Positions 40,321 through 53,837 of a DNA stretch of 64,000 nt are shown here, piece by piece. This DNA is from Balanoglossus misakiensis. Lineage: Eukaryota; Animalia; Hemichordata. Position numbers and translations under genes: made by a program. The notes beneath the pieces are model-generated. The model did no database searches. It was not told the DNA's origin and saw only the letters and a program-made list of their open reading frames with translations. The DNA lies in NCBI GenBank assembly GCA_040954595.2, contig CM082577.2, forward strand, positions 10,255,846-10,319,845. Reading direction: 5' to 3'. How positions within the stretch are numbered: the first letter of the stretch is position 1; each line of letters opens with the position of its first letter.

Positions 40321-41935
40321 CTTGGAAGGATAATTTACTTGCAAGAAGGAGGAAGTCGACACTATCTACCCATAATAAGAGTACTCCGACATCTGCCTCC
40401 AGAGTCTGGTATAATATAAACCATGGACTTCAGCAAGCACTGACAACAGACTCACTGCCAACTCCACAAATCATCTACATGTAAACTCCACACAATACCA
40501 CCATCATGCCTTTCTTCCAGACACCAAACAGTAATTAGGATCCAATTACCAGCTCATTAAGGGGGTTGCACCAATGAGTACAAACATGACAGTCTCATAA
40601 AACTGGATAGTGTTTACCCACTCATTAACTCAACTCATTAGTCATGTCAATATACAAACCAGGAAATAAGATTCTTATCAGGCATACTTCAACACATGTA
40701 CACAGACGTGTCTTTTGCGGATGATGAACTTGACTAAACTTTAAAAGTAAGTGCATTATTATGGCTACATCTAAAAACTGTAGACAACCTCCCCCCCCCC
40801 CCAAAAAAAAAAAAAAAACAATAGACCAACAACAAAAAATAGGCAACAACAAAAAACTTTTAAAAAGTTTTCTTCTTAATATTTGTTAGTAATCTCTGCA
40901 GTTGAATAGACTGCCACATCCACAAGTTTGATTGCTTTTTAAAAACATAAATTTCCACAGGTAACACAGTTGCCTACCACATCAACGTCACTGTGTCTCT
41001 GTGGCGGAAATCTGATTAGGATCATTATCAATAGAGAAGTCTGGAGTTTATTTACAGATAACAATAATGATTCAATTGATCTCCAATGGAAAATAATTCA
41101 AATATAATCAAACGATGAGCAAATGTGCCTTTCATCGGCAATCAGCTACAATAATATAAACAGATCCAACATGTAATATCTCGGCTGGCGGTAGACTCAG
41201 GTAGACAAATACAGCTTTAATTCACCACATTTCTTTGAATGTGATACCCGATGGTGATGACATATGGTACTGTTGACGACACAGCTTAAAATGTCCTCAT
41301 ACAGTTCATGAAATACTGGGGGGAACAGGCCTAGTGCTGGCGACGCAGCAAATTGCTCTAAAACGACACGCGCAGCTCAGCTTCAGAAGTTCTCTAAGCA
41401 GCAGGGCAACCGTTAAGACCTCATTCGAATGGACGCTGAACCCAATTTAGCTCAGTACTGTGCAGGTCACTGCCGGTAGAACATTTCAAGAAACTGAGCG
41501 TTATTTATCGCGAGAACCTATGGCTTCAAGCGTATTAGTGGAATATATACGCAGAAGCATTTTGAAGCAATCTTCCAAAATGTCACGGTTGCTTTAATAT
41601 TCCGTTTTTTTCCCTATTGCAATCTGGTAATTTCCTAACAAATCAATTTTGTATTTAACGATGATGTCGTAAATGCATACAAGAAAACCAGATTAGAAGG
41701 AAAGGCTGGCAAGTATAAAAATCTTACTTCGAAAATTATAAACCCCATAAAATGAACAATTTTCCATAATCACACACTAAAACCTATTACATAAATCGAG
41801 AGACTTATTCCTCAAAATACACAGTATAAAACCACAGGAATTTCCGGGACATTTCTGCCTGCTGTTGCCATGGTGATGAGGCGTCACGGTTTTACCGCCT
41901 ACAGACAGAACGCGCATAGACTGCATCACGACTCC

Positions 41936-42393
41936 TAGTCTCGGTTACCCAGACGCCTTTGCTTCTTCCGATGCTCTCCAGAAAAGGGTCTGGGGAAATG
42001 CTATTGAAAGCTTTGTAAAACAAAATGGCCGATGTCAGGATTTTGATCATCGCCTGATTGGCTGAGCTGTCAGTATGACCCGGGTCACTGCAATAGTGTC
42101 GACAATCGTCTACCAAAGATATTTCATATAATTTCTCCAACAATGCTAACAGAGGACGCCTTTTGCCTTTCGCATCAACCAACAAGTACCGGTCTCTTGA
42201 TATGAAGATACGACAAATAATCACACATTGTCGAGAGTCAGTGACCCGGGTCATACTGACAGCTCAGCCAATCAGGCGATGATCAAAATCCTGACATCGG
42301 CCATTTTTTTTTACAAAGCTTTCAATAGCATTTCCCCAGACCCTTTTCTGGAGAGCATCGGAAGAAGCAAAGGCGTCTGGGTAACCGAGACTA
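41936..42393. mobile_element. Long-TIR foldback non-autonomous DNA transposon with 9-bp TSD (AcademH-like), second family
   Basis: 155-bp TIRs (41936-42090 and 42239-42393, 1 mismatch seen), termini TAGTCTCG...CGAGACTA, perfect TSD CACGACTCC at 41927-41935 and 42394-42402. Confidence 0.93.
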
Positions 42394-45300
42394 CACGACT
42401 CCACGCCCAAACTCTCTCTCTTCCCCTCCACTCGTTATATAACACCATTCACTCCAGCTTTGCTTAATAGCCTTAGCCGAAAACCCACAGACAATCGCCA
42501 CAATTAAAGTTAACGGGCTCTCGAGAGCGGCCAAAGACGGCGAAGAAAGTGGGGGCGAAGAAAAGAGGCCCGTTTTCCCATCAGAGGACTCCTCGCAAAC
42601 ACAATGGAGGATCACAATACAAACTGAATAGAATCGCCATGGGTGTTCTAGATCTGAGACGGCGAGGCTGCCCGGCGAACAAAAAAAAACCCACCACGGA
42701 CACTTTCCTCTCGTTCTTTTGTGTTTCTCAATGATTTTCCCATCACTTATCGGGTTGGCATATGCTGCGCGTCGTACGTACACTTGCAGATCCAAGAAAT
42801 CTGCCCACCCCTTACAAGTACAAATTCATGAGGATTTCAAAACGCTTCTAAGCAACCAGAACAGCTGCCAGGAACTTTCCCATCCAATTGCAGAAAACTT
42901 GTTGGTGGTTATTCTGACATCACTTCGGTGCATCTAAAGTATTTCTTGGCATTTTAAAATGAATGCCAATTGCCCATCTCATGCCAGTTTGGTATTTAGG
43001 ATACATTGCACAATGTAACTTCTACCTGGAACTCTTCATAACATCTTTGGAACAAATTACATGATGACGTGATTTCGTAAAAGTTACCGTGCGACACAAA
43101 TCATAATGACCAGCATTGAGAGGAAACCTGGTGATGCATAAAGAGCAGACCCAACATATTCCTACACATTTTGTACATGGCATCTTTTCACATATTGGCC
43201 GTATCACAATAAAGTAACGTACAGATTTCATCCTAGATCCAAGATTTCTTCATGTCATCACTGAATTTAATTATCAAGTCTTAAGCTTAAAGATTCCTAA
43301 CAACCTCATAGAAGAGCTCAGTCTGAAACAGGACAAATTTTCACAGTTTTGTAATATATGTTGTACGGTTAACTTGGCAGTGAACACTTGACTCCTGTAT
43401 ATTTGAGTGAACGTCACCCACTTTCCAGTCACTGCACAAGCACAATGCATGTCAGTTTGATGCAAAACGACGGTGTATGTCCACACATGAATTCATATTT
43501 CTTTAACAATAATCAAGCATAAATTTCTGATACATATTAAACATGACAGCACATCACAGCCTTTATGCGTTGAATATTGGGCGGCATTTAGCAGTCATAC
43601 AAAAATGTCTGATTATTACATAACAAAACAATCTGCATCAGTTACAACTATTATTTTACACCACAATGACAAGCTACATGTACAAGTTTGTACAAATTTT
43701 GTACCAATCAATTCAGTACCGAAAATCGATGGCGAAAATGGAACCTTACTCTCAAAGAAGAGACTATACGAGTCTAGCTACATGTACTAGTCTACGCAAA
43801 TACACACAGACTGTGCTATGCACTGAAGCCATTACCAGTTCACAAATCTGATGTTCAAAGAAGCATATAATACACTTCACTGCTCAGCAAACTCATGCCA
43901 TAATAATAGCCTAGGAATACCAGTGCCGATGGCTGTAGCAAAGTTTCACCTGCCACACACACACACACACACACAAACACACATAACCGTGTCCTGCACA
44001 GCAAATTATAGCATTTTTAATATCATAAAAAATCTAAGACAAATATTGAATGATTTTACATTGTACGTGCAGCGACGATGTGCACTCTATCAAATAAGTC
44101 AATTACATTAATGTAGTCTAATTGGATCACCATCGTCTGCATCACCTTTGTGGCAACTGTAATTAGATTTTATTTTCAAATTTCCTCCTTTCTCTCGAGT
44201 TCCCATCCTTCATAGCAATCTATGATTGAAATCTCGGACAACACGCACATGTACAGGAGTACCAAACGACGCAGTTTCGGAAAACACCCAGAATCCGAAC
44301 TTCAGCCCAACGTTCATTCTTGACAGACTACAAATGGAATTAACTGACCCCTCTGCTCCAATATTTAACATCTATTTTAATCTTTCTGCCACTTTTCTAA
44401 TATCAGTAAGCAAACCCCTTCGTTGCTATGGCAATCTCTTATCAATCTCTTTCAGCGGTATGTTGATTTTGGCCTTTGTGGTTTCATCTCATCCGTCAAA
44501 TATGAAGCTACTTGGCAGCAATAGAGAGAGTCCCTGTATGACCTTTTCTCTCGCGGTATATCGAATCACGAAAATCAATAACATTTTTTACATCAACGCC
44601 TTCAGTGTGGAGTGGATCACGGTGGGTTGTCAACACAGGGTGTTTTCACACTCCTGGTTCGGATAAATATCTTGAGGAGACATTTACATCTTGAGCTTGG
44701 GTGGTAGTCTTTTATTAAAAGAAACCTCAAACAGCTGGTTCTGTTCATTTTAGCTCTTGTACACATTCTTTGAGGACAGAATTCACCTGTTAGCATGGTA
44801 ACAATGCGTTTTTTTTCAAGATGGATCCAATTTGCACTCCCACGGAAAAAAACTTAGATGGAACTCAGAATAAGTATTCCACAGAAATATTGTCATTTTA
44901 TGATATATAGCAAAGATTGCATCTGAACACAACTACTCTTTGTACAATACGTTTGAATAGTTGGCAATGCTTATTTTCTGGGGAATATGCCTACATTCTA
45001 AGCTGTAACATTTTTCAATTTTCTACAATATACACTGGTCTCCTTTACATTTCGGCAGACCAAAGTATTTTGTGGGGCACAACAAAAAACAATTACATGT
45101 ACATCAATGGAAAATTCAGCGATTGTGATCATATACATTTAAATACAGGACATAGTCTCCACTTTTCTCAATCTGAAGAGCTTTGAAATCCTTTTTAATC
45201 ATCCCAGCTTTTACACATGATAAAACTCAATCTACAGAATTGCTCCATACAATACATGTATCTCATCGACAAACTAGTGGTATTTTTCATTAGAATGTAT

Positions 45301-46378
45301 TGAACATCAGTATTTACAGATTATGCTATTCCTCACGGAGTGGACTCAATGAACATTTGAGCTATCATCAGTTTTTTTCTTGTATTTCAACTATTTGTAT
45401 TTCTTTTTCATTATTTTATTAGGAATGTATACATGTAATGCATCTCAAAATCCAACACTCAGCAATTGGAATCAAACCAAACCACACTTCCAGAAAGATG
45501 TCAGCTGCGAGCCGTGAAGCTGTTCCATCTTGGCCCGTCTTTCTGTTGGCGCTAAAATCTAAAGTACACCATTGTCTTGGGACATGCCAGCCAGTCAGTC
45601 AATTCTGTCCACAGTAATGGATACTCGTGTTTGGTCTTCTCATGCGTGCGAAATCTGGTCATGCAATTCAACTCAGGCTTCTACCCTATTTTGCTCAGTG
45701 AGGTTTCTTTCGCCCCTGCCCTCGGGGCTGCGTCCATTCTCTCTCTCTCTCTCTTCCTTCCTCCCCAGTCCCCCCCCCCTGAACTTCAAGTCTGTTGTCT
45801 CAACTTTCACCTAAAGAGCTACACTTAGCCGTGAAAGGCGAAAAGACTAAAGGCACTTAATCCCTGATTCTGTCCGGTGTTTTGAGTGGCCCCCGTATTG
45901 TGTTCTTGCTTCCTGATCGCGGGCAAATGGGTGGCGAGTCCCTTTCACGCGCGGACCCGGCTAAAAATCACTCACCGTGACTTTTTAAAGTTCGCTCCCG
46001 CAAGCGTCATATCTTTCAATACCACAATGAGATCAGATTCCACTTTGAAATGCCCACTGCGTCTTCAACTGGGCTTAACACCCATGATACATCAAAATTC
46101 TTTTTTACCAACAAAGAAACAACCTCTGTGCATTCGGGTAACTAACCCCGTCAAGTACCTAGGAACTGCTATGCAAATTTCACCAGTGCTATATGTAGGT
46201 TATCAGTTCGTCTGAGACTAATTCAGCCACATCCTTTCCCCCACCCACCCCCTTCTTCTTTCTCTGAATCAAAGTGCACATGTACGAGTCTGAGACATCA
46301 TGCGTAGCACTAAATGCACCAACTGACTTCAGTTGCAATGAAAATATGGTACAGAGACTCTTCTCTACTTTCAATATA

Positions 46379-46471
46379 TTAACCTGTTCATCATCACAAT
46401 TTGGTCCAACCCCATTGTATTCTGCGGTGGAGCTGAACCAACACACAGAAAAATGGGGTGAAACAGATTAA
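46379..46471 (+). mobile_element. piggyBac-like MITE family B copy 7 (diverged)
   Basis: TTAACCTGTTCATC...GGTCCAACCCCATTGT...GGGGTGAAACAGATTAA; same 93-nt span as copy 1. Confidence 0.65.
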
Positions 46472-49400
46472 AATTCAGGCACAGTCCCTCTATTATTGTG
46501 ATAGAGGGACTGTGATTCAGGTCTGCAACATTCTGTACCTTGAAGTGTTTTACATATTTACGCATTTGCCATATCCATTCAATCAGAAACACGTTCCAGA
46601 TCAGTTTACACATAGCAGAATATCGTTCTATGGTTTACACACCAATAGAGAGAGTATAAGAGAGACATCTCCCTCTATATATATTCCCTCTCGTCTGGTG
46701 AAACTGAAATGAAGTAGTAGAACTAACCAAGATTCCAAGAGACAAGAACACCAAGGGGACATACGAATGAATATTTTATCATGGCACTAGCAGTAGCAAT
46801 ACATTTATAATGGACTGTGCTGTTTTTTCAGTAAACTATATGCATTGTGGAAATAAAGCTATTAGTTAACAGATAAATTGAGATGTTTATTGATTTTTAA
46901 ACAGATTCTGTTGGATCACCTGCTACATCTGCCTAATTACCCAAGTGGAACTAATTATAAGAGGCCTTTTTCATGCAATGCCGACGTCCTGTTTTATTCA
47001 GTCGGGCAATCGATTACTTGGAGGTTTGTTGCGTCAATTAGGGATGTGGGACCCTTGTGGGCAGGATGCTGAGTACGGGGTAACAGTTGCCGCATCAATT
47101 GATGTGTTGTTGGCGAGAATGCATGTACTTTTTAGGGTCAAAATTAAAACTGTTTTGCCATCGCTGTGATGTACCACTGAAGCATGCAATTGCAACATCT
47201 AGACATCTGCCCGGATCGTACTTTTACCTCACTTGGACGTGTGACTGTTACAGGAAGTATTCGCACACGAGGCCTATCTCATTGTATATACGTCATGCAT
47301 GGTCTACACTTACGTCACACGGTTCGGATGTACATGCACTGGTGTCTGTTTGTTGTAAACAGGATACGCATGTCCATGTCTATTTTTGTAACGTTGCATC
47401 GTTCTGTTCTGGACGTGTGACTGTTGGGAACAGAATGTGCATGCACCATGAGGCCTGTTATCGCTTCAGTGAGAACTGCCTGATTGAGGAGGGTTGGGTG
47501 CAAACTGCAAGTGCTGCTAATTTTAAACTAGTCGGTGGCACGGTTCTGTGATGTGGAATTCAAACATTGTACATGTACAAGTTTGGACAAATGTAAAAGA
47601 TGTTTCCTGTGGAATATCTACGGTGTTTGTGGACGTCACAATACTGAACCTTTGCCCCCGAAGCTATTTTCATCTTGTGAAGCAGACAGGCATCTTGTAC
47701 ATGTACAATGTAGTTTAATGGTGACAGGGATTTTATAGTGTTGAAGTGTGGATACATGTACCGGTATGTGATTTGTGATAAAATTTAACCAAACTCAACA
47801 GCAGAAATCAGTTATCCTCAGTCTTTTGTCGAGTTGAAAAGTATTATTCAAAGCAACATCTACAATGTACATGTACCGTACGTCACTGTTTGCATCGTTT
47901 GTGTGCCATCTGACTCCAGAGAGTAAAAGCTCATCCTGGATATCTGACTGTCCACTGTTACATGTACCATCTGGCATGCGTCACTCAATAACACATATAA
48001 ACATACTTCTCAAACAAAACAAAAATAACCAAGATAACACCAAAAGATGTTGATCTCATCAGTCTAAAAGCAACTGGGCGACTGTATTTGCTCAATGCAG
48101 TCCATGTCTTTCCTTGCCATCCAAACTGACAGACACCTCAGGATACACAAGGTGGCATATTTATTATTTCTGCAGTCACACATCAGACTCCATTTAATCA
48201 CAGTTTACCCTTTGGACGTACAATAAATTATGTAGGGTGATGAAGTACAGACCTTCCAATTATGAATGATTGACCGGTGTTAACAAAATGCCAAACACTT
48301 GCATTATTGATCAGCCTTGTTTTAATCTGACATTTGATTTTGTTTTTCTGCTCACATAAAGAAGTCTTTTGGCAAACCATATCCCAATTAACCTAATTGA
48401 AGCTTTAAATGTTACTTCTGCTAAGGAAACTTGCCTGCTTACTGTAATTTGAACAGAAATTCTTCAAAGCATGTCTATTACAAGAGATGACAGACTTAAG
48501 TAGGACACATGTTGGTAAATAGACATCACTGATATTCTGAAGCCTTGACTTTCGACTCTCTGCTAACTCATCACTAGGAAACAGGACTTTGATCAAATAC
48601 AGATCATGTCCAGTCTATTGTACAAAAGACTACAAAATACAAGGTCAGTTATTTTTTTTTAATTTTTTTTTTTTTTTTTTTTGGGGGGGGGGAACAGTTG
48701 TTTCATCTCAAATATGCCGATTGCCCTGACATTCAAGGTTAGGGAGGTCAGCCACTGTTTGATAAACAGATGCCTTCAAAGAAAGGTATGATTTCAAAAA
48801 TCTATGTATGCAAGTACAAACACCCGTCATCTCATGTCGCAAGCCCCGTACCAGAAAACAAACATCCAGACCATTCCTTTTCATCATAAGTTACACCCTC
48901 GGTATTCCACACCTCCAGGGCTTCATGCATTTTCCTCTCGGGGGCAAGGTGACCAGGTCGCGGTCGACGGAAACTTCATCTCGGAGGTCATCTCCATCCG
49001 TTACATCAGTGACAAGTGGATGTTTTGCTTCAAAGGACTTCAGGGAGGAAGGCACGAATGCGGCCTCAACGAGAAAGGCACGACCTCCGACCCGCTCGTC
49101 GACAAGATATTGATGAGTGCATGGACGCAACGACCGCCATCACATTTTCACCAATTAAAATACAGAAGCCATTATCTCCACATTGGCAGTCTGACATTTT
49201 CTGAATAGTTGCCCTTCGTAAAGAGAATTAAACATTCTATTGAGATATAACAGGCAACTGTGTAACTGTTCTGAACCACACATTGACAATAAATTTTAAG
49301 ACAAAATTAACCAATTGATTTTTGTCGCACAAAAGAGCAGCTTAACATTGACAAGAATTTGAATCGGAATTATGGGACGTCATTACAAGCTTTTATTGAC

Positions 49401-51196
49401 CGTAAAAATGTTTATATTCGATGCACAAGTCTCAATCACAAGACGATGGCCACACGTACATCGCACATAACAAGGTTACGAGCTAAGCAGTTGGAATTCT
49501 TCTGGAGGGTTCTTGCGTGCATGTTGAACTTTAATGGTGGAGACAGCGGTGAAAATTGAATTGCTGCTATCTCTCAACAGATTTCAATTCCTCGAAGCGA
49601 AGACACAATCTCCCAGAAATGTTCGAATCTCAAACCAAACTCCCTGCTGCCTTTCGCGCTCAGTGCAGGTGAAAATGTGAAGATGTGTACACCTCTCACA
49701 AGCAATAGAATGGGAAAAGCATCCAGTTCACAGCTCCGGTTGTATGTACATGTATTAAAATACAATGTCTGCAGGACAGCCAGAGTAGAGATACATGTCT
49801 TTCTGGTTTATCAAGTGTTTGGTTTCCGTTTACACAGGTTTCATTATCTGTCTGGGATATGTTTATGTAATATACATGTAATGCAATACTTATAACATGA
49901 ACATGTACCTTGTCCTAGACCTAGAGGGAACCAGAACAATATTGTAATTGTTCGCAGAATAAAAACTTCAAAGATAGCCAAACATAACATTTATACCACA
50001 GGCATCTTTAATAGTGTTTGATATTCTGCTCATCATCACTTCACAAGCATTGCCTCATATCCCATCCCATCACAACCTTAGCTTGCTACATGTGCATGCA
50101 TACATGTACATGTAGCCAAAACTCTTTATACCAACAATGCATGTGTACGAACAGCAAGCCACCGCTATCTTGATACTCACGCGAGGAAAACTCCTACTAA
50201 CTTTTGAATCAATTGTTTGCAGCTTTTAATGCTAGAAGTGCAAACAAGCGGCATCACATACATAAAGCCATGACGATTTCTAAATCTCAAATTTTTTTTC
50301 AATCAGCAATGATACAGGTAATCTTCCCATGACCGGTTTTATGTAACACACACTGTTTCTATGGTAGAGCACACAGCACTGCCTCAGTGCCTCATATATA
50401 CAGATTAGGAATTCAGAATAATTATTTTGTCATGCAATTCCAGATCCTAACTACTGAATGCAGAGACAATTCAATATTATTTGTAAACGAACTCTGCAAA
50501 AAATTCATCTTATGATCATTAGCAAGGTAATACAATTTATGATCATTTCCCACATGATTTAAAAAATATCAACTTTAATACAATAAATATGCATGTAAAG
50601 CAACCCACCCATTTTTTTATTATCTACATACATGTACAGTATTGTTCTATATATAGGTGCACATATTGCAATATACCGGTATCACCACATTCTCCCATTT
50701 AAACTGTCATATCACAATATTTATTCCCTTTTTTACTGCCACGATATCAATCTATGGTTTCCAAAATGACAGTCCTCAATATAAACAAGGATATGCATTG
50801 TACATACAGAGTGCATAACTGATAATTTTTCTCTTCACAGGACTGGTCCAAAGGCTGTACACAACTTCCCAAATTTTCTAATTAAAAATACATCATACAT
50901 CATACATTGTCATTGTACAGATCAAGTGTTCTTTTCCTGTTAGCTATTAAACACAGGTTGGTGCAGTGTTAGTTAATTGCCATGATTATTTCAGTATCTT
51001 TATGCATTGTGTTATTATGCAAAGTGATGTAACAATGAGGTGCTATATGTAAATTTGCTTTACCTGGGCTGCCCTGGGCTACATGTACATGTACATGAAG
51101 TCCAGTGATATCATAGTCTACTTTTTTTAAATAAACACAATTGCCAATATGGTGACCAGGAAGTGCAATATGTGGGTCTTGTACATGTATCTTGGA

Positions 51197-51260
51197 TGAG
51201 AACTTCAATGGTTTCCATGGTTTTTTGATTGAGAACTTCAATGGTTTCCATGTTTTTTTT
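51197..51260. repeat. 33-bp tandem duplication
   Basis: TGAGAACTTCAATGGTTTCCATG at 51197 and 51230. Confidence 0.9.
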
Positions 51261-53640
51261 AATGTACAATGTAGTTGTCGAAAAAATAACCCAAGATTGT
51301 AGTTCAGGAGTGACATTTTCAAAAACCGCACTTCTGATATTAAAACAGTGAACATGACACGCCTGTGAGATTGGCAATGGGCGTATACCATTGAACATCT
51401 GGTTCAATAAATAAACATTTTAATATCTACATACAAGGTGGTTAGAGATATCACTGTCAGGAACAGGCTGGAAAATGAAATTAGATTGATGCTACATTCT
51501 GAAATCTGTTATAACTTTTCTACAGTTGTGTTGGGAGCAGTAACAATACTGTAAGTGCAACTGTTTTTCTGAGACCCAAATTTCTGTCAGGTACTTGAAA
51601 TTTTGAATTATTAAAAAAAATCACAAGTGACAACTGACTGAACAAATAGAACGTATAACAAACGTAGTTGTGAAAAATAGCATACTAAGCTACAGTCAAC
51701 ATCTCACACAGATACGTAATATACATTGTAATTCATACCCAGTCTTTTTTTAATTCGAAAAAAAAAATTCTATTTTTAATGCCAAACAACATAAAATATG
51801 TTTCCCAGTATTTCACTGATATTTCCTGTTGATAACAGAAGGGGCATGGAACTGTGATTACCCTCAGGGCTCAGGAATCCCACATTGTCATTCAATACAG
51901 ATTAGCCACATTATCTCGGCACTGCTCGGCATTTCTACCAGCCTATTTTTAGCGGCGGTGGGGCAATTTGCCTGTCCATAAATTAACAGTCACAACCATT
52001 AGAAATCCCTGTTGGCGCAGGAAATGACTCAAGTCAGTCAAATATCAAAGTAATTGAACCCAACAGATAACCAACAGATAACCAAATCACCATTAATGAC
52101 GATTTCCCACTAAACCAGACGTAATTGGTATCATTTTTCTCCCCTTTTTTAAACCTTTCACTTATAACAGACAACATACAGTGTAAAGTTCATATTGATG
52201 GTTAGAAAAAAATTACATAAAAGTTCGTGTTAATATCAACAAGGTAATGATGTTGTATATTGCATAACTCTCATTTGTTTGTCAAAATGAAATTGCATAA
52301 ATTTCATCATTAATTTTGATGCCTCTGTGATGATGAAATCACGCAATAGAAAAAAAAAATTACATTTGCAAAATAATATCTTTTGGTTGCATCATCCTCA
52401 GTTATATTGTAATCACTTACATGTACTTTTGGCTCACTTTTATTTCATCATTTTATTCCAATATTTCATCATCATCATCATCCTATTCCTACTCTCTCAC
52501 ACTCCACTGAACTGAATCAGTTATTAATGCCATCTAAATATAGAATATTAAACAAACAATGCAATAATACTGGCACAGGCATGTACACTGTCACTTAACA
52601 CCCACACGAGGTACCCGTCACTCAATAACATCCCTGCCTGCAATATTTTAAATGTTAAATGTTAATATTTCACTAAGATATTAAAAAGACTACCCGGTAC
52701 TGAGTAATTTGAGAACTACATAGGTTAATGGGTTAATACGTCCAATTTCCAAAGATGCTGAAGACATTTGCAATTTTGTAAGCCTGCGTAAGAAGCTTTG
52801 ATGAAAGCGAGAAATTTCACTCAAATATAAGTTAATAAAGAGGGGGTCATTCATGTCATATTCCAAAATGTCAACACACTTGCAATTGAACGTATACACT
52901 GCCTTATTATTCCATACATGTAAGATATACAACTTTGCACAAGTACAATGTAATATGTCTTATGTATTATTCTTTTTAAGCTGATTGCAAAACTTCCTTC
53001 TCTGAAATGTATAAAAAACATTACTTTTTATAGCGTACTGCACTGAATGCCCAGCCATGATCTTGATGAAGTCAGATTGAATGTGGACAGATTTCACTTT
53101 TTCAGTGTCTATGAAACCAACAGAGAACATCCACCTTACACTGTACCAGTGGTATATACACCTCTATCACACAAAAAAGTCTTAATGTTTTTGGAACAGG
53201 GGATTTTGTATACAGAATACAAAAATGTACATGTACATGTATACTGAATTGTCCATTCCCAGGGCGCTACCCTAACAGGCTGCCAGGCACCAACACACAA
53301 GATGCATTTAGCCATTACGTCTGATATCTGCCATAACTACTACATGTACATGACATGTGTCCACAGGCACAGTGACAAAACCAGCAAACAATTCCACAAG
53401 TTACGGAGTGATCAGTGTAAATAACCTGTCATTTGAAAGAGACAGGAATGCAAACTGATGTCAAGAGGTGACAACTTTGCCCCTGGTATTTTTTTAATAA
53501 AACCAGCAAAGGAAACTGGTGAGTCCGATTAAACCATCTGTGTTCCAGCAAAATATCTTCCATTTAAAACTGCCTGGTTTATATGTAAATACACAATAAA
53601 ACATTTGTTCCACACCTGCCCACTTGGTAAAAACAGCTTC

Positions 53641-53741
53641 AAAACTTTCACCCCCAGTTCCCTCTATGTACATGTACATGTACATTGTATAGAGGTCCAA
53701 CTTTACATGTACCACAGAAAACGGTCTACTAGCAAAGGTTA
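53641..53741 (-). mobile_element. piggyBac-like MITE family B copy 8, carrying TACATG insertions
   Basis: CTTTCACCCCCAGTTCC...AGAGGTCCAACTTTA[CATGTA]CC. Confidence 0.75.
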
Positions 53742-53805
53742 GAACCACTAACTATTAAAGATTCTAAGAGACCAATCCTGGTTGGAGAAAAAAGAGGTAC
53801 CTTGA

Positions 53806-53837
53806 TACATGTACATGTACATGTACATGTACATGTA
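53806..53837. repeat. (TACATG)5TA self-complementary array
   Basis: Read directly; the longest of many such arrays in the window. Confidence 0.95.

Noticed and set aside
41892-42467. Two opposite-strand ORFs sharing an identical ~50-aa stretch
   Set aside because: Artefact of the 155-bp inverted repeat.
44226-44666. 146-aa ORF (also 47087-47551, 55071-55538, 50969-51391)
   Set aside because: No recognisable domain, non-coding-like composition, and within the length expected by chance.
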